Positions 18,897-33,077 of a stretch of DNA of 64,000 nt are shown piece after piece; positions within the stretch are counted from its first letter, which is position 1; each line of letters opens with the position of its first letter. Below the pieces are notes generated by a model. The model ran no database searches. It worked only from the letters and a program-made list of their open reading frames with translations, and was not told the origin of the DNA. The translations under genes were made by a program, and so were the position numbers. Origin of the DNA: Candidatus Altiarchaeota archaeon (GTDB lineage: Archaea; Altiarchaeota; Altiarchaeia; IMC4; SCGC-AAA252-I15); assembly GCA_043800255.1 (NCBI GenBank), contig JAZDNF010000013.1:32001-96000 (forward strand), written 5' to 3'.

Positions 18897-19805
18897 ATGG
18901 CCATCGACATCGAAAGCATAATCGCTGACCAGAGTTCTGACGCAGTTGAAGGGATTTTCAACGCTGCGGGCTCGAGCCTGAATTTTGCCATAATAGCAGC
19001 CATAGGTTACGTCCTAGGTTACGTCATATCCCACATAGTGTGGAGGATTCTCAACATCGGGGAACTCCACAAGGCTGTCACAGCTTACGGTGCCATGACC
19101 GCCAAATTATGGTCTTCGATAACGCACTTTCTGACGCAGTATCTGAGGTGGTACATACTGATCGCAATTCTAACAACCACTGAGGTGGACATGATAGAGG
19201 GAGTCTACAGCTTTATGGCCGACCTCTTCTGGCTGATAATACTGACCATCATCGGCATAGGCATTGGAGGCGTCGTGTTCAGGATAATAAAAGATGCTCT
19301 CGTCCACATAGGCCTCGAGGATGAACTCAGAAAACATAACATCGCTGGAGCGCTCGGAGGCGTAACCCTCTCAGGGGTTCTGGCCGGGATAGCCAAATGG
19401 TATATCATAATAATATTTGTCGCGCAGGGCATCTCCAAACTTCCGCTGGACACGCTGAAAACGTTCATGAGCAGCCTCGTCACTTACATACCAAATGCCA
19501 TAATGGGCATACTGGTCATAGTAACCGCCCTCCTGATTTCAGACTTCACGACCCAGAGGATCAGAAAGCGCAAAGTCGAGTTCGCGGAGATAATTGCCAT
19601 GGCGGTCGAGGCCATAATAATGTTCTTCGGCGTTGTGCTCGCGCTGCCCAAATTCGGCATCGAAAACATCTCAGTCCTCGAGGACTCGTTCAAGATTCTC
19701 GCAGTTGGGGTTTCGATAGGGCTTGCCCTCGCGCTTGGACTGGGGTTGAAGGACCCTGTATCGAGGATAGGGCTGAGGATGGAAAAGAAGGAGTTTAAAC
19801 CCTGA
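18897..19805 (+). CDS. Conserved TM-helix repeat membrane protein (MscS-associated/CmpX-like)
   Basis: Multiple TMs; YIPNAIMG; ALALGLG. Confidence 0.75.
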   Translation: MAIDIESIIADQSSDAVEGIFNAAGSSLNFAIIAAIGYVLGYVISHIVWRILNIGELHKAVTAYGAMTAKLWSSITHFLTQYLRWYILIAILTTTEVDMIEGVYSFMADLFWLIILTIIGIGIGGVVFRIIKDALVHIGLEDELRKHNIAGALGGVTLSGVLAGIAKWYIIIIFVAQGISKLPLDTLKTFMSSLVTYIPNAIMGILVIVTALLISDFTTQRIRKRKVEFAEIIAMAVEAIIMFFGVVLALPKFGIENISVLEDSFKILAVGVSIGLALALGLGLKDPVSRIGLRMEKKEFKP

Positions 19806-20301
19806 TTTTGCTGGGGTCTTTTACGACTGACACGCCGTCGGCCTTCTTCAGGGCTTCAATATTCTTCAGGTCAACCTCCCTAGGCCATATCTTTATCCTC
19901 TTACCTGACGGCAGCTTGGAGTCCAGCTCAGACACACAATCAGTGGGCAGGACTATGACTTTTCTCCTGCGTTTCAGAAACTGCGCCACGACATTGGAGA
20001 CCATCGTATCCGCGATCCCGTGCACTATCTTCGCAACCGTGTTGGCTGTGCAGGGCGCTACGACGACGGTGTCGAACCTGCTGCTCCCCGAGATTGGAGT
20101 GCTGTGCCCCTGCGCCTCCTCAAAAACGATTTCAGAGGACAGGTTGCGGATCCTCTCCTCCAGGCCGTACATCCTAATGACTTCTATTGCAGCGTTAGAG
20201 CATGCTACGGTAATCTCATGCCCTTCGGACAGTTTCTCCATCGCCTCAACAGTCTCCTCGAGCAGATGGCCCGCGCCGGTGATGCACCACAACAGCCTCA
20301 T
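19795..20301 (-). CDS. HFCD-family archaeal flavoprotein (AfpA/DmrX-like)
   Basis: WCITGAGH, APCTANTVAKIVHGIADT, LPTD. Confidence 0.85.
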   Translation of the reverse strand: MRLLWCITGAGHLLEETVEAMEKLSEGHEITVACSNAAIEVIRMYGLEERIRNLSSEIVFEEAQGHSTPISGSSRFDTVVVAPCTANTVAKIVHGIADTMVSNVVAQFLKRRRKVIVLPTDCVSELDSKLPSGKRIKIWPREVDLKNIEALKKADGVSVVKDPSKIRV

Positions 20302-20335
20302 TGCAGATACTTAATTAAATAGTAGGGGATATATA

Positions 20336-20893
20336 ATGATGGACGTGCGAATAGACTTCCGCAAAATCCTGATTCTTCTGGCTCTGATCTCAGTCGCTGT
20401 CACAGCCTACGCCTACCTTTACCTGCCAGCCAGACTGCTGGAAGCTGTCCTTATCTCAGTCGGACTGCTAGGCGGCGCAGCAGTCTCCTACTATTATTAC
20501 CAGACTTATGAGATGGAGGGGATGAAGTTGGAGCTGCCTTTGGGGGAGAGCGTCATACTTGCGACTAAGGGCGCGAACACAAGCATCCAGGTTCCGAAGA
20601 TGGTTGGAGGCTTCGTTGGAGTGGGATCGCCCATACCGGTGAACCTTTACCTCACCGACAGGAACATTCTCGCGGAGCCTGTCGAAATCGAGGAATATCT
20701 TGAGGAGGGCAACACCTTCGTCTTCATGGTGGACGTTAAAAGCATCCTGAGATTCTCGCACGAGAAGAAGGTTCTCGCAGACTACATCAGAGTCACCTTC
20801 GAGGACGAGAACAGTTATATTAGAGAGGTCCTGCTGTTCACAGGGAAGGACACCCCCAAATGGATTGAAAACCTGCAGGAGCTCATAGCCTGA
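20336..20893 (+). CDS. Membrane protein with PH-like C-terminal domain
   Basis: Two TMs, then LPLGESVI..LYLTDRNI..W. Confidence 0.65.
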   Translation: MMDVRIDFRKILILLALISVAVTAYAYLYLPARLLEAVLISVGLLGGAAVSYYYYQTYEMEGMKLELPLGESVILATKGANTSIQVPKMVGGFVGVGSPIPVNLYLTDRNILAEPVEIEEYLEEGNTFVFMVDVKSILRFSHEKKVLADYIRVTFEDENSYIREVLLFTGKDTPKWIENLQELIA

Positions 20894-20935
20894 TTTTTAT
20901 TGGCCTAATGTAATATCATTGTCTATTCTGCGAAA

Positions 20936-22363
20936 ATGGCCTTGGAATCAGGAGTTTCAGACGTCATAGAAAAGGGATTCTGGGATGCGATAACAAGATT
21001 CTCTGCGAGGCTTAAATCCTTCGACGATTTTGCGGTTGTGAGCCACCATGACGCTGACGGCATAACAGCCTGCGCGATAACTGTGGACTTCCTGAAGCAG
21101 ATGGGAAAGCACGTCGAGTTCGCCGTGATAAAACAGTTAGACAGCAGAACCTTCGAGGACGTCAGGAAGATAGATGCCAGCACAGTAGTCTTCACCGACA
21201 TGGGAAGCGGCCAGCTTAACATGGTGGAGGAGGAGCTCGACGACTTTTTCGTAATAGACCACCACCCTCCGGCAAAGGAGTCGGAGTCTCAGATTAACCC
21301 CCACTCTTTCGGCTACGACGGCGGCTCTGAAATCAGCGGGGCTGGCATGGCCTACCTCGTCGCCAAAGCCGGCGGCTTCGGCAACATGGCCCATCTCGCG
21401 GTAGTCGGCGCCGTAGGCGACATGCAGGACTCTGGCGGCAAACTAAGCTCATTGAACAGGGCGATACTCTTTGACGCGATGATGCAGGGCACTGTGGAGC
21501 TGGAGAACGACCTCCGGCTTTTCGGAAGGCAGAGCAGAAGCCTGACGCAGATGCTGGCCTACGCCTCAGACCCTATCATACCAGGTTTGAGCGGCAACCA
21601 GCAGGCGTGCGCTCAGTTCATGGAATCGAACGGCATAAAGATCAGGAACGGCGACGGCAACTTCCGCAATTACGTCGAACTAACGCATTTGGAGCGGAAG
21701 GAGCTCACAACAGCATTGTACATTTACCTCCTAGACCTCAACACCCCGGAGTTCCTAATCCAGCGGATGATAGGCGAAGTCTACACCCTCTCAAAGGAGG
21801 AGTTCAAGACCGAGCTCAGGGACGCAAGAGAGTACTCGACGGTGTTGAACGCCTGCGGCAGGCACCAGCAGGGCGGGATAGGAGTCCAGGTATGCCTCGG
21901 CGACAGGGGAGAGTACCTGGACAAGGCTAAGAGGATGCTGAAGAAGCATCGGAGGGTTCTCAGGGAGGGCCTGGAGTTCATAAACTCGGCTCAGATTGAG
22001 TCCCTTGAAAAACTGTACCACTTCGACGCCTCCGGCAGGATTGACGAGGGCATCATCGGAGTTGTCGCTGGCATGGCCTACGGCGCAAGGATAATAAAAC
22101 CTGACAAGTCAGTCCTGGCATTCGCAGTCGACCGCGACGACCAGAACATGCTGAAGGTCTCGGCCAGGACTAACTGGTCTCTCGTCAGGGACGGCATACA
22201 CTTGGGAGACGCGATGAGGGACTGCTCAGCGCAGTTCGGCGGGGAAGGCGGAGGCCACGACATCGCAGCAGGCGCCAGGATACCCCTAGACAGGAAAAAC
22301 GAGTTCCTAGCCTGCGTGAACGGCATGTTCAAAGACCAGACGACGAAAAAAGGCGTTGCCTAA
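20936..22363 (+). CDS. RecJ-like DHH/DHHA1 exonuclease
   Basis: HHDADG, TDMGSG, IDHH, GAVGDMQ, GGGHDIAAG. Confidence 0.92.
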   Translation: MALESGVSDVIEKGFWDAITRFSARLKSFDDFAVVSHHDADGITACAITVDFLKQMGKHVEFAVIKQLDSRTFEDVRKIDASTVVFTDMGSGQLNMVEEELDDFFVIDHHPPAKESESQINPHSFGYDGGSEISGAGMAYLVAKAGGFGNMAHLAVVGAVGDMQDSGGKLSSLNRAILFDAMMQGTVELENDLRLFGRQSRSLTQMLAYASDPIIPGLSGNQQACAQFMESNGIKIRNGDGNFRNYVELTHLERKELTTALYIYLLDLNTPEFLIQRMIGEVYTLSKEEFKTELRDAREYSTVLNACGRHQQGGIGVQVCLGDRGEYLDKAKRMLKKHRRVLREGLEFINSAQIESLEKLYHFDASGRIDEGIIGVVAGMAYGARIIKPDKSVLAFAVDRDDQNMLKVSARTNWSLVRDGIHLGDAMRDCSAQFGGEGGGHDIAAGARIPLDRKNEFLACVNGMFKDQTTKKGVA

Positions 22364-22444
22364 AAAGTAAGCAAATGAGGCTTTTGGGCAAATGAATTCG
22401 CTACACAAAAAGTACTTTTAGCTACTTGTTTTCAATGAATTGAT

Positions 22445-24163
22445 ATGCGATGGTTGATTCTCCTTGTAGCGGCGGTACTGCTAGCGTCCGTATTTGCTGA
22501 GGCTTTTCCTCAACTTCCAGAGTACTATGAGAGTTATGTCACAGTCGATGGAATTTATGCATCGAATGGCACTTATGTTGAGGTTAAAGTTTACGGCACT
22601 AATGAGGTCGTGGGTAGCGCAGTAACAAATGAAGGCGGCTACTATGCCTTAACTGTTAACTTTGATGTTGTTGATGGTAAGGGGGGCATCGACGAGGGGG
22701 CGAACGTAGGAGACCAGTTAGGTTGGTACGTTAACGGCGTTAGTGCAGATAGACCGGCACCCGGATCGGATACTGCAGATCCAGGGAGGATAAACCATCT
22801 GTTTATCGTGAGCGTCGGGGAGACTCCCCTTAGAATAGTCGATTATGCACCATCGAATTCCACACAAAGGCTTAACAAGGGTGAGAATATCACCTTTTCT
22901 GTAATAGCCATCGGACCCTCAGAGTCGAAGCTAAAATACAATTGGACTATCGATGGAATTGAAAGAAGCACCAATAAGAGTTTCACATACGGTTACTCTC
23001 CAGAAGTTGTCGGGACAAAGGTTATAAAGGTGCAAATCAGTGATGACTCAGGAGACACGGTTCTTAAAGAATGGAATCTAACCACCAACACGCGCCCAAG
23101 AATATCCCCTCCCATTCCAGCAATCTCGTTTAACAATTCTGCTGTAGTCACTTTCGACTTGATAGAATATGGCAAAGACAATGAAACCCCACCCGGATTT
23201 CTAGAATGGAAAGTCACAGGTGATAGGTACCATCCTCCAGCGTTTGCACACATAGGCGGTCTTAGAAAAACCCTGAAGATAATCCCCAACCTGGTTTATA
23301 TCGGCGATGGAAGTTTAGCATTAACGTTAACCGACGCTGGGGGAGCCTCCGTTTCACAAAACATATCTATAGACAAGAGCGTCTTCCGTGGCAACACGAC
23401 AGTACCTCAAATCTTTACCACAACCACTATCCACCAGATAACAGAAAAACCAAGAGAGAGCATAGGGGGAAAAATAGTTATATCCCTATTGGCTTTCTTA
23501 GTAGTGCTATCAATAATTTTCTTTATAACAAAGTCCAATCAAAAAGCGGTCATCCTCATACTAATATTGTCTTTTTCTATTGTGCTGCTCTACTGGAATG
23601 ATTATAAAACAGAGACCAAACCTGTTACTGTAGAATTTGTATCACCTAAAGAACTTAACATAACAAAAGATTATGTCCAAATGTGTAGCAATCTCTTCGG
23701 ACGCTCAGAGGATATTATCGAACAGTTTAGGCTAGATGATTGTTACACCAGCATCGCTGTCTTACTGAGAGATTCGTCAATCTGCGAGGAAATAAAGAGG
23801 ATACATCTAGGATACCAATATGGATGCTATGGTACCAATGCATTATTCTCCCGAAATCCGAACATTTGTCTCAATATCGAAAGCGACACGTCTATAGTGG
23901 ACTGTCTAATTGATTATGCTGATGGATTAGTGGATCCCTCGGTATGTAATGTATTCAAAGGAGATATCGTGAAGAAGTCAATGTGTAACTATCGCCTTAA
24001 GGATGAGTCCCAATTATTTTATCCAAAACCAGAGGAGTATAAATGCCCAACATATAAGCATATAGACTGCATGCCTATTGTTCCACGTAGTCATACAAAA
24101 TATTGCTACGGACCTTATCACGAGTGGCTTGAAGAAAACTGCGATATTTATTGGACCATGTAA
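22445..24163 (+). CDS. AT-rich surface protein: Ig/PKD-like N-terminus, two central TMs, Cys-rich C-terminal repeats
   Basis: Signal peptide; YNWTIDG; DDCY..SSICEEI, GCY..NICLNI, DCL..SVCNVF. Confidence 0.8.
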   Translation: MRWLILLVAAVLLASVFAEAFPQLPEYYESYVTVDGIYASNGTYVEVKVYGTNEVVGSAVTNEGGYYALTVNFDVVDGKGGIDEGANVGDQLGWYVNGVSADRPAPGSDTADPGRINHLFIVSVGETPLRIVDYAPSNSTQRLNKGENITFSVIAIGPSESKLKYNWTIDGIERSTNKSFTYGYSPEVVGTKVIKVQISDDSGDTVLKEWNLTTNTRPRISPPIPAISFNNSAVVTFDLIEYGKDNETPPGFLEWKVTGDRYHPPAFAHIGGLRKTLKIIPNLVYIGDGSLALTLTDAGGASVSQNISIDKSVFRGNTTVPQIFTTTTIHQITEKPRESIGGKIVISLLAFLVVLSIIFFITKSNQKAVILILILSFSIVLLYWNDYKTETKPVTVEFVSPKELNITKDYVQMCSNLFGRSEDIIEQFRLDDCYTSIAVLLRDSSICEEIKRIHLGYQYGCYGTNALFSRNPNICLNIESDTSIVDCLIDYADGLVDPSVCNVFKGDIVKKSMCNYRLKDESQLFYPKPEEYKCPTYKHIDCMPIVPRSHTKYCYGPYHEWLEENCDIYWTM

Positions 24164-24259
24164 TTGACTTTTTGTGCAGGAAGCACTTCTTAGGTAAGCC
24201 CGACGAAAAAGTAGCCTTTTTATAGGAGGGTTTCCTAGTCTTTATTCTAAAAAATTATG

Positions 24260-24306
24260 CTGATTCTGGGTAGGGTGGAATTTTCTCCCCTATGCCAAGA
24301 TTTCAG
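24260..24306 (+). promoter_or_regulatory. Hairpin in rps15 5' leader (candidate r-leader)
   Basis: CTGA..TGGGTAGGG pairs with CCCTATGCCA..TCAG (one bulge), ending 13 nt before the ATG. Confidence 0.45.
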
Positions 24307-24319
24307 TCGGATAACTGTT

Positions 24320-24775
24320 ATGGCTAGAATGCACGCGCGCAAGAAGGGGAAGTCTTCTTCAAAGAAGCCGGTAGGCGTTCCCATCAGGGAGTGGGTATCC
24401 TATTCTGCCAAGGATTTGGAGGAGATTATAGTGAAGCTCGGCAGGGAAGGGAAAAATGCGAGCGCAATCGGCCTGACATTGAGGGACCAGTATGGCGTGC
24501 CCTCCGTGAGGAACATCACGAAGAGGAGGGTAACGTCGATATTGAAGAAGAACGACCTCGCGCCTAAGATTCCTGACGACCTGAACAATCTCATAAAAAA
24601 CGCCGTCAAACTAAGGTCGCATCTGGAGAAGCACGTTAAAGACAAGCACAACAGGAGAGGTTTGACCCTCATGGAGGCTAAAATCCACAGGCTGTCAAAA
24701 TACTACAGGAGCAGAGGCTACCTGCCAGAGAGCTGGCGGTACGACCCTCAGAAGGCGAAACTGGAGGGGTTATGA
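24320..24775 (+). CDS. rps15: 30S ribosomal protein uS15 (S15/S13e)
   Basis: MARMHARKKGKSSS, IGLTLRDQYG, KDKHNRRGL, LPESWRY. Confidence 0.97.
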   Translation: MARMHARKKGKSSSKKPVGVPIREWVSYSAKDLEEIIVKLGREGKNASAIGLTLRDQYGVPSVRNITKRRVTSILKKNDLAPKIPDDLNNLIKNAVKLRSHLEKHVKDKHNRRGLTLMEAKIHRLSKYYRSRGYLPESWRYDPQKAKLEGL

Positions 24776-24978
24776 TGCATAAGGCCACGATGCTGACGGA
24801 ATCCAAGGACGCGAAAAACGTGCTGCTTTCGATTTCCGCGGACAACAAAGGCTACGCCGTATCCGAGCTTTCCGGCGACATGATAAGAACGCAAGCACAT
24901 TCAGATAACATTAGGACGCTGCTGTCGACATTGGATGACATGATATTCTGTCAGATGGTGGCGGAGTCGGTTGCATAA
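24772..24978 (+). CDS. pcc1: KEOPS complex subunit Pcc1
   Basis: 68 aa, SISADN..TLLSTLDD; conserved position between S15 and eS1. Confidence 0.75.
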   Translation: MMHKATMLTESKDAKNVLLSISADNKGYAVSELSGDMIRTQAHSDNIRTLLSTLDDMIFCQMVAESVA

Positions 24979-24979
24979 G

Positions 24980-25540
24980 ATGGTATCAAAAAAGGGCATA
25001 AGCACTTGGAAGCAGAAGCAGGAGTACCAGATTCTGGCTCCGGAGACTTTCGAGGGGAAGAGGGTTGGTTCGACGCTGGCTTCAGACGAGAAGAAGCTGA
25101 TAGGCAGGAAGATCACAGTATCGTTGAAGGATTTGACTGACGACAGGGCTAAACAGCACATCAAGGTAACGTTCAAGATCGTTAGCACTTCAGGCAGCAA
25201 CGCGATCACAAAGTTCGACTCGTTCAACATCGCGATAGGATACCTTAAGTCAAGAACCAGGAAGGGCATGAAGAAGGTCGACTACATCATGGACCTCAAG
25301 GTTTCGGACGCTTCTATCAGGATAAAGACCGTTGTAATCACCGACAAGAGAATATCAAAAAATCAGAGGTCTGAGATCGCGAAAAAGATGACTGACATCT
25401 TCAACAAGTACAGCGGCTTGAAGCTTGATGAATTCGTTCAGCTCACGCTCTTCGGCAAGCTGGGGACCGAATTGTACCATAACGTGAAGAACATCTGCAG
25501 GATATCAAGGGTCGAGGTGTACGAGATCAAGACCCTCTGA
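24980..25540 (+). CDS. rps3ae: 30S ribosomal protein eS1 (S3Ae)
   Basis: WKQKQEYQILAP..F, LIGRKITVSLKDLT. Confidence 0.92.
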   Translation: MVSKKGISTWKQKQEYQILAPETFEGKRVGSTLASDEKKLIGRKITVSLKDLTDDRAKQHIKVTFKIVSTSGSNAITKFDSFNIAIGYLKSRTRKGMKKVDYIMDLKVSDASIRIKTVVITDKRISKNQRSEIAKKMTDIFNKYSGLKLDEFVQLTLFGKLGTELYHNVKNICRISRVEVYEIKTL

Positions 25541-25955
25541 TCGGATGAACCACTTTCTCTTTTGACAAGTCCAGTATTATCACCCTGTCCCTGATTTTCT
25601 CGAACGCCGCGCTGTTGGCGACAATCTTTCTCGCATCATCAGGCTTGCAGGACGAGTTGGAGCTCAATATTAGGACAGACCACTCCGATCCCAGTTCAAG
25701 TATCTTGAACAGATGCTTTGTGAGCTCTCCCATGGTGGAGAACTCCGCGTAGAATGCGACATTAGGTTCGACCCATACCAGATCCACCTTGCCCAGGTTG
25801 ACGCCATGCTTTATCACTGACGCATTCTCCATGAACGTGAACCCAAGCCTCCCGCCCAACAGCCTGTAGTAGTCGACTACCGCCTCACGGAACGGCATCT
25901 TAGAGCCTGAAACGTGCTTTTTCAACTCCCCGAATTTGCTCACAGTCTGAATCAT
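25527..25955 (-). CDS. Hypothetical protein, possibly restriction-endonuclease-like fold
   Basis: LGF...E...VDLVW...AFYAEFS pattern. Confidence 0.6.
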   Translation of the reverse strand: MIQTVSKFGELKKHVSGSKMPFREAVVDYYRLLGGRLGFTFMENASVIKHGVNLGKVDLVWVEPNVAFYAEFSTMGELTKHLFKILELGSEWSVLILSSNSSCKPDDARKIVANSAAFEKIRDRVIILDLSKEKVVHPIRGS

Positions 25956-25998
25956 CTTCCATCCTTCTGCGCCCCGCCCATGTTTTACTATTTGGGGT

Positions 25999-29606
<3,608 letters not shown>

Positions 29607-29626
29607 TTATAGGTTTGAGTGTATAC

Positions 29627-30787
29627 TCACCAGTATTCTCCCTTCAGGTATTCCCTCAACAGCGAGGTGGCATAACACCCTTTTGGAAGGGAGAACGAGA
29701 TAATAACCTTCGTGAAACCAGCGTTAAGCTCGTCCCCGCCCGCAGACTCAAACCTGGAATCCATCACCGGGATGAAACAGTCCCTGTACTCTCCCTTGGA
29801 GCTGAGCTCAGGCATACGCCCAACCTTAAAATCCTCAGGGGATACGTTCTCACCGTCCAGTATCGAGGCTGTCACCTCATCCAGCTGGGTCTCATAACCA
29901 GGCAGCGGAAGCCTCTCGACATCAAAACCTTTTCGGATATACTCTGACAGCGCGAGGTTGAACACGTATGACTGGTAGGCGTGGACGAACATCCACCTCA
30001 GCTTCTGGGGGATGTTCCTGAGAGCGCCGACATGGTCTGTCGGCTTTTTCACAAGATGGTTCAATAAGGCGTGCTCATAGCCCAGATGCTTCGGGAAAGA
30101 CCTGATAGCCTCACCATAGTCTCCGCTCTCCCAGAAACGCTGCCTTGCGCTGTCACTCTCCCCTTCTTCAACTCCGAAAGACTTCCCCAAGTATATCCTG
30201 ACAGCCTCATTGAAATCCCCGCGCAGTATCTCCCTCCCGACAAGATGCGTTATGGGCCTCTGGATGCCGAACCGCTGGACTCCGTAATAGTTCGGGAACC
30301 CTGAGGATAGCTCGCCTGCAATCGCGTCAACCCTCCGCCTGACTTCATCCTCTGGCAGCACTATCTTTCTGACGGTTACCGAGAACCTGTTACCCTCCAG
30401 GTCGCCGAGGTTTATCCTGTCATCACTGTGGCTGAAGTCTGAGAGCATTATGTCTTTTATGCTGACCTTCTCCAGGTCTTCTAGCTTGACATCCCAGACG
30501 GAGACCCTCTGCCTGGTCACAGCCCGCCTGTCTTTTGTCCCAGCGAAGCCGAGCCGCTTCTGGCTCACCCTCAGTCTCTGAGAGATCTCCTTTATTGCCC
30601 TTAGGGTGTCCCAGTTCTTCTTCTCCAGCGTGAAATGGATGTACTGGCCTTCCTCTTCAAGCCTCTCCTCCGCAATCTCCTCGACGATGAAATCCTCAGG
30701 AACCTGCTTTATGACGCCGCCCACGCCTTCAGCTCCGGATTTGTAGCACCTCATGCCAACGGCACGTTCCAGTTCCGGCGGTTCCAT
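29627..30787 (-). CDS. truD: tRNA pseudouridine(13) synthase
   Basis: [38 protein letters not shown]. Confidence 0.96.
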   Translation of the reverse strand: MEPPELERAVGMRCYKSGAEGVGGVIKQVPEDFIVEEIAEERLEEEGQYIHFTLEKKNWDTLRAIKEISQRLRVSQKRLGFAGTKDRRAVTRQRVSVWDVKLEDLEKVSIKDIMLSDFSHSDDRINLGDLEGNRFSVTVRKIVLPEDEVRRRVDAIAGELSSGFPNYYGVQRFGIQRPITHLVGREILRGDFNEAVRIYLGKSFGVEEGESDSARQRFWESGDYGEAIRSFPKHLGYEHALLNHLVKKPTDHVGALRNIPQKLRWMFVHAYQSYVFNLALSEYIRKGFDVERLPLPGYETQLDEVTASILDGENVSPEDFKVGRMPELSSKGEYRDCFIPVMDSRFESAGGDELNAGFTKVIISFSLPKGCYATSLLREYLKGEYW

Positions 30788-30840
30788 TTACGGGTCTGCC
30801 TCCATGCTAAATTATTAACCTGGAATGTAAATACAATTCC

Positions 30841-31134
30841 ATGTACGCTGAAGCGCAGAAGCAGGTCAGAGAGTATGACAGGCGGTTCGGCTGGGATTCG
30901 GACAGAGCCAGTCACATCGCATTGCACATTCAGGAGGAGCTTGGAGAGGTCGCGAGGAGGGTTCTCAGGGATGAGGGCTACAAGAAGGAAAGATTCGACA
31001 AAGGCGAGCTTGCGCAGGAGCTCACCGACATATTATACCTTACATTGAAGCTGGCCAACAAGTATGATATAGACTTGGACTCTGAGTGGGAGCTTATGTG
31101 GAACAGATTCAAGAAGAAGACGAGCAGATTATAA
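30841..31134 (+). CDS. MazG-like nucleotide pyrophosphohydrolase
   Basis: EELGEVA..QELTD..LANKYDIDL. Confidence 0.88.
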   Translation: MYAEAQKQVREYDRRFGWDSDRASHIALHIQEELGEVARRVLRDEGYKKERFDKGELAQELTDILYLTLKLANKYDIDLDSEWELMWNRFKKKTSRL

Positions 31135-31135
31135 A

Positions 31136-32305
31136 ATGGTTGAATTGAATCCTTGGGCGTCCGCCGACATAGAAGACTATCAGAAGCTTTTGGAGGAGTT
31201 CGGCATAGAATCTTTTGAAAAGTTCAGGGCGAAATTCGGCGGTAACCGTTACATCAGGCGGGGCATAATATTCGGCCACCGGGATTTCGGGAGAATCGCG
31301 GAAGCCATGGAGAGGAGGAAGCCTTACGCTATGATGACCGGGCTGATGCCGTCTGGGAAATTCCACTTCGGCCATAAGATGGTCGCTGACGAGATAATCT
31401 GGTTCCAGGAGAAGGGTGCTGAGATTTTCGTATGCGCCGCTGACGTGGAGTCGTGGCTGATGAGGGATGTCCCCTTCGAAGAGGCCAAGAGAATCGCAAT
31501 CGAAGAGTACCTGGAGAATTACATCGCATTAGGTTTGAAACCTAAGGGAGTCACATTCTGGTTCCAGTCAGACTACAGGAACGAATACTACCGGCTGAGG
31601 GACATGGCAGCCAAGAGGGTAACGTTCAATGAGATGAAGGCAATCTACGGCGACCTCACTCCTGGAAAAATCGTCTCCTCTCTGGCGCAGGTCGCTGACA
31701 TACTGCACCCGCAGCTTAAGGAGCTCGGAGGTCTGAAACCGGTTGTAGTCCCAGTTGGAGCAGACCAGGACCCGCACATCAGGCTGACGAGGGACATAGC
31801 CTCTAGGTTGAATGCTTATAGAATGGGACCACATGGCACGGTAGTCAACAAGGAGGGTAAAAAGACTGAGATTCCTCTAAAGGATGCTGAAGTTAGACAG
31901 GATTTCCCCTGTATTCCGCCGTCTGCGACTTATCATAAGTTCATGCACGGCCTCCAGGGTGGGAAGATGAGCTCTTCAGACCCTAAGAGTTACATCGCCC
32001 TGACGGACTCTCCCGATGCTGCGAAGAAGAAGATCATGGGCTCTCAAACGGGGGGGAGGACTACTGTAGAGGAGCAGAAGAGGCTCGGCGGGGAGCCTGA
32101 GAAATGTAGGATATATGAGATGTATATGTACCATCTTGTGGAAGACGATGCTAAGCTTAGCAGAATCTACAATGAGTGTAGGAGCGGCAGCATACTCTGC
32201 GGCGAATGCAAGACAAGATGCGCCGGCCTGATGGAAAAATTCCTCAACGAGCATCAGATTAGGAGGGAGAAGGCGAAAGCGCAGGCGAAAAATTTTCTGG
32301 GATAG
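31136..32305 (+). CDS. trpS: Tryptophan-tRNA ligase
   Basis: PSGKFHFGH, VGADQDPH, KMSSS. Confidence 0.96.
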   Translation: MVELNPWASADIEDYQKLLEEFGIESFEKFRAKFGGNRYIRRGIIFGHRDFGRIAEAMERRKPYAMMTGLMPSGKFHFGHKMVADEIIWFQEKGAEIFVCAADVESWLMRDVPFEEAKRIAIEEYLENYIALGLKPKGVTFWFQSDYRNEYYRLRDMAAKRVTFNEMKAIYGDLTPGKIVSSLAQVADILHPQLKELGGLKPVVVPVGADQDPHIRLTRDIASRLNAYRMGPHGTVVNKEGKKTEIPLKDAEVRQDFPCIPPSATYHKFMHGLQGGKMSSSDPKSYIALTDSPDAAKKKIMGSQTGGRTTVEEQKRLGGEPEKCRIYEMYMYHLVEDDAKLSRIYNECRSGSILCGECKTRCAGLMEKFLNEHQIRREKAKAQAKNFLG

Positions 32306-32306
32306 T

Positions 32307-33077
32307 ATGAAAGTCGGCTTCTATCAGTTCAAGCCTCGGCTGCTTGGCGTAGAACATAACCTGGAGACGGTGTCAAAGGCCCTTAACAGAGTTGAATGCG
32401 ACCTTATGGTATTGCCTGAACTGTTCTCCTCAGGATACGACTTCTCTGACAGGGAGGAGCTGGCAGGAGTTGCTGAGGATGTTCCAGGCGGGCCGACAAC
32501 CGAGGCCCTGATAAAAATCTCCAAAGAGAACGATATGGCGATTGTCGCAGGCGTCGCGGAGCAGACTAGCAACAGTTTCTACAATTCCGCGGTCGTGGTT
32601 GACAAAAAGTTCGTGGGAGTCTACAGGAAGGTGCACCTGTTCGGGACTGAGAAAAGGTTCTTCAAACCTGGAAGCAGGTTCAAGGTCTTCAAGGTTAGGG
32701 GCGCGAAGGTTGGTGTCATGGTATGTTTCGACTGGTTTTTCCCTGAGAGCATGAGGACTCTGGCATTGATGGGCGCGGAGATTATAGCGCATCCCGCGAA
32801 CCTTGTGATGCCTTACTGTCCTGACGCGATGATAACGCGCTGCCTTGAGAACCGAGTGTATGCTGTGACAGCGGACAGGATTGGAGTGGAAGGAAAACTG
32901 AAGTTCATCGGGAAATCGCAGGTCACTGGGCCTGATGGGGGGGTAATATACAGGGCAGGCTCTGATACGACAGAGTGTAAAGTCTTCGAAATCGACCCTG
33001 AGAAGGCAAGAAACAAAAGATTAAACAAGTACAACAATATCATAAGAGACAGGAATCCGAGGGCGTATAGGTTATGA
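32307..33077 (+). CDS. Nitrilase-superfamily carbon-nitrogen hydrolase
   Basis: LPELF, YRKVHLF, VCFDWFFPE triad. Confidence 0.93.
   Translation: MKVGFYQFKPRLLGVEHNLETVSKALNRVECDLMVLPELFSSGYDFSDREELAGVAEDVPGGPTTEALIKISKENDMAIVAGVAEQTSNSFYNSAVVVDKKFVGVYRKVHLFGTEKRFFKPGSRFKVFKVRGAKVGVMVCFDWFFPESMRTLALMGAEIIAHPANLVMPYCPDAMITRCLENRVYAVTADRIGVEGKLKFIGKSQVTGPDGGVIYRAGSDTTECKVFEIDPEKARNKRLNKYNNIIRDRNPRAYRL

Noticed and set aside
22341-24210. CGACGAAAAA 10-mer at 22341 and 24201 as a target duplication of the surface-protein insert
   Set aside because: Short, low-complexity and not extendable, so it could be chance.
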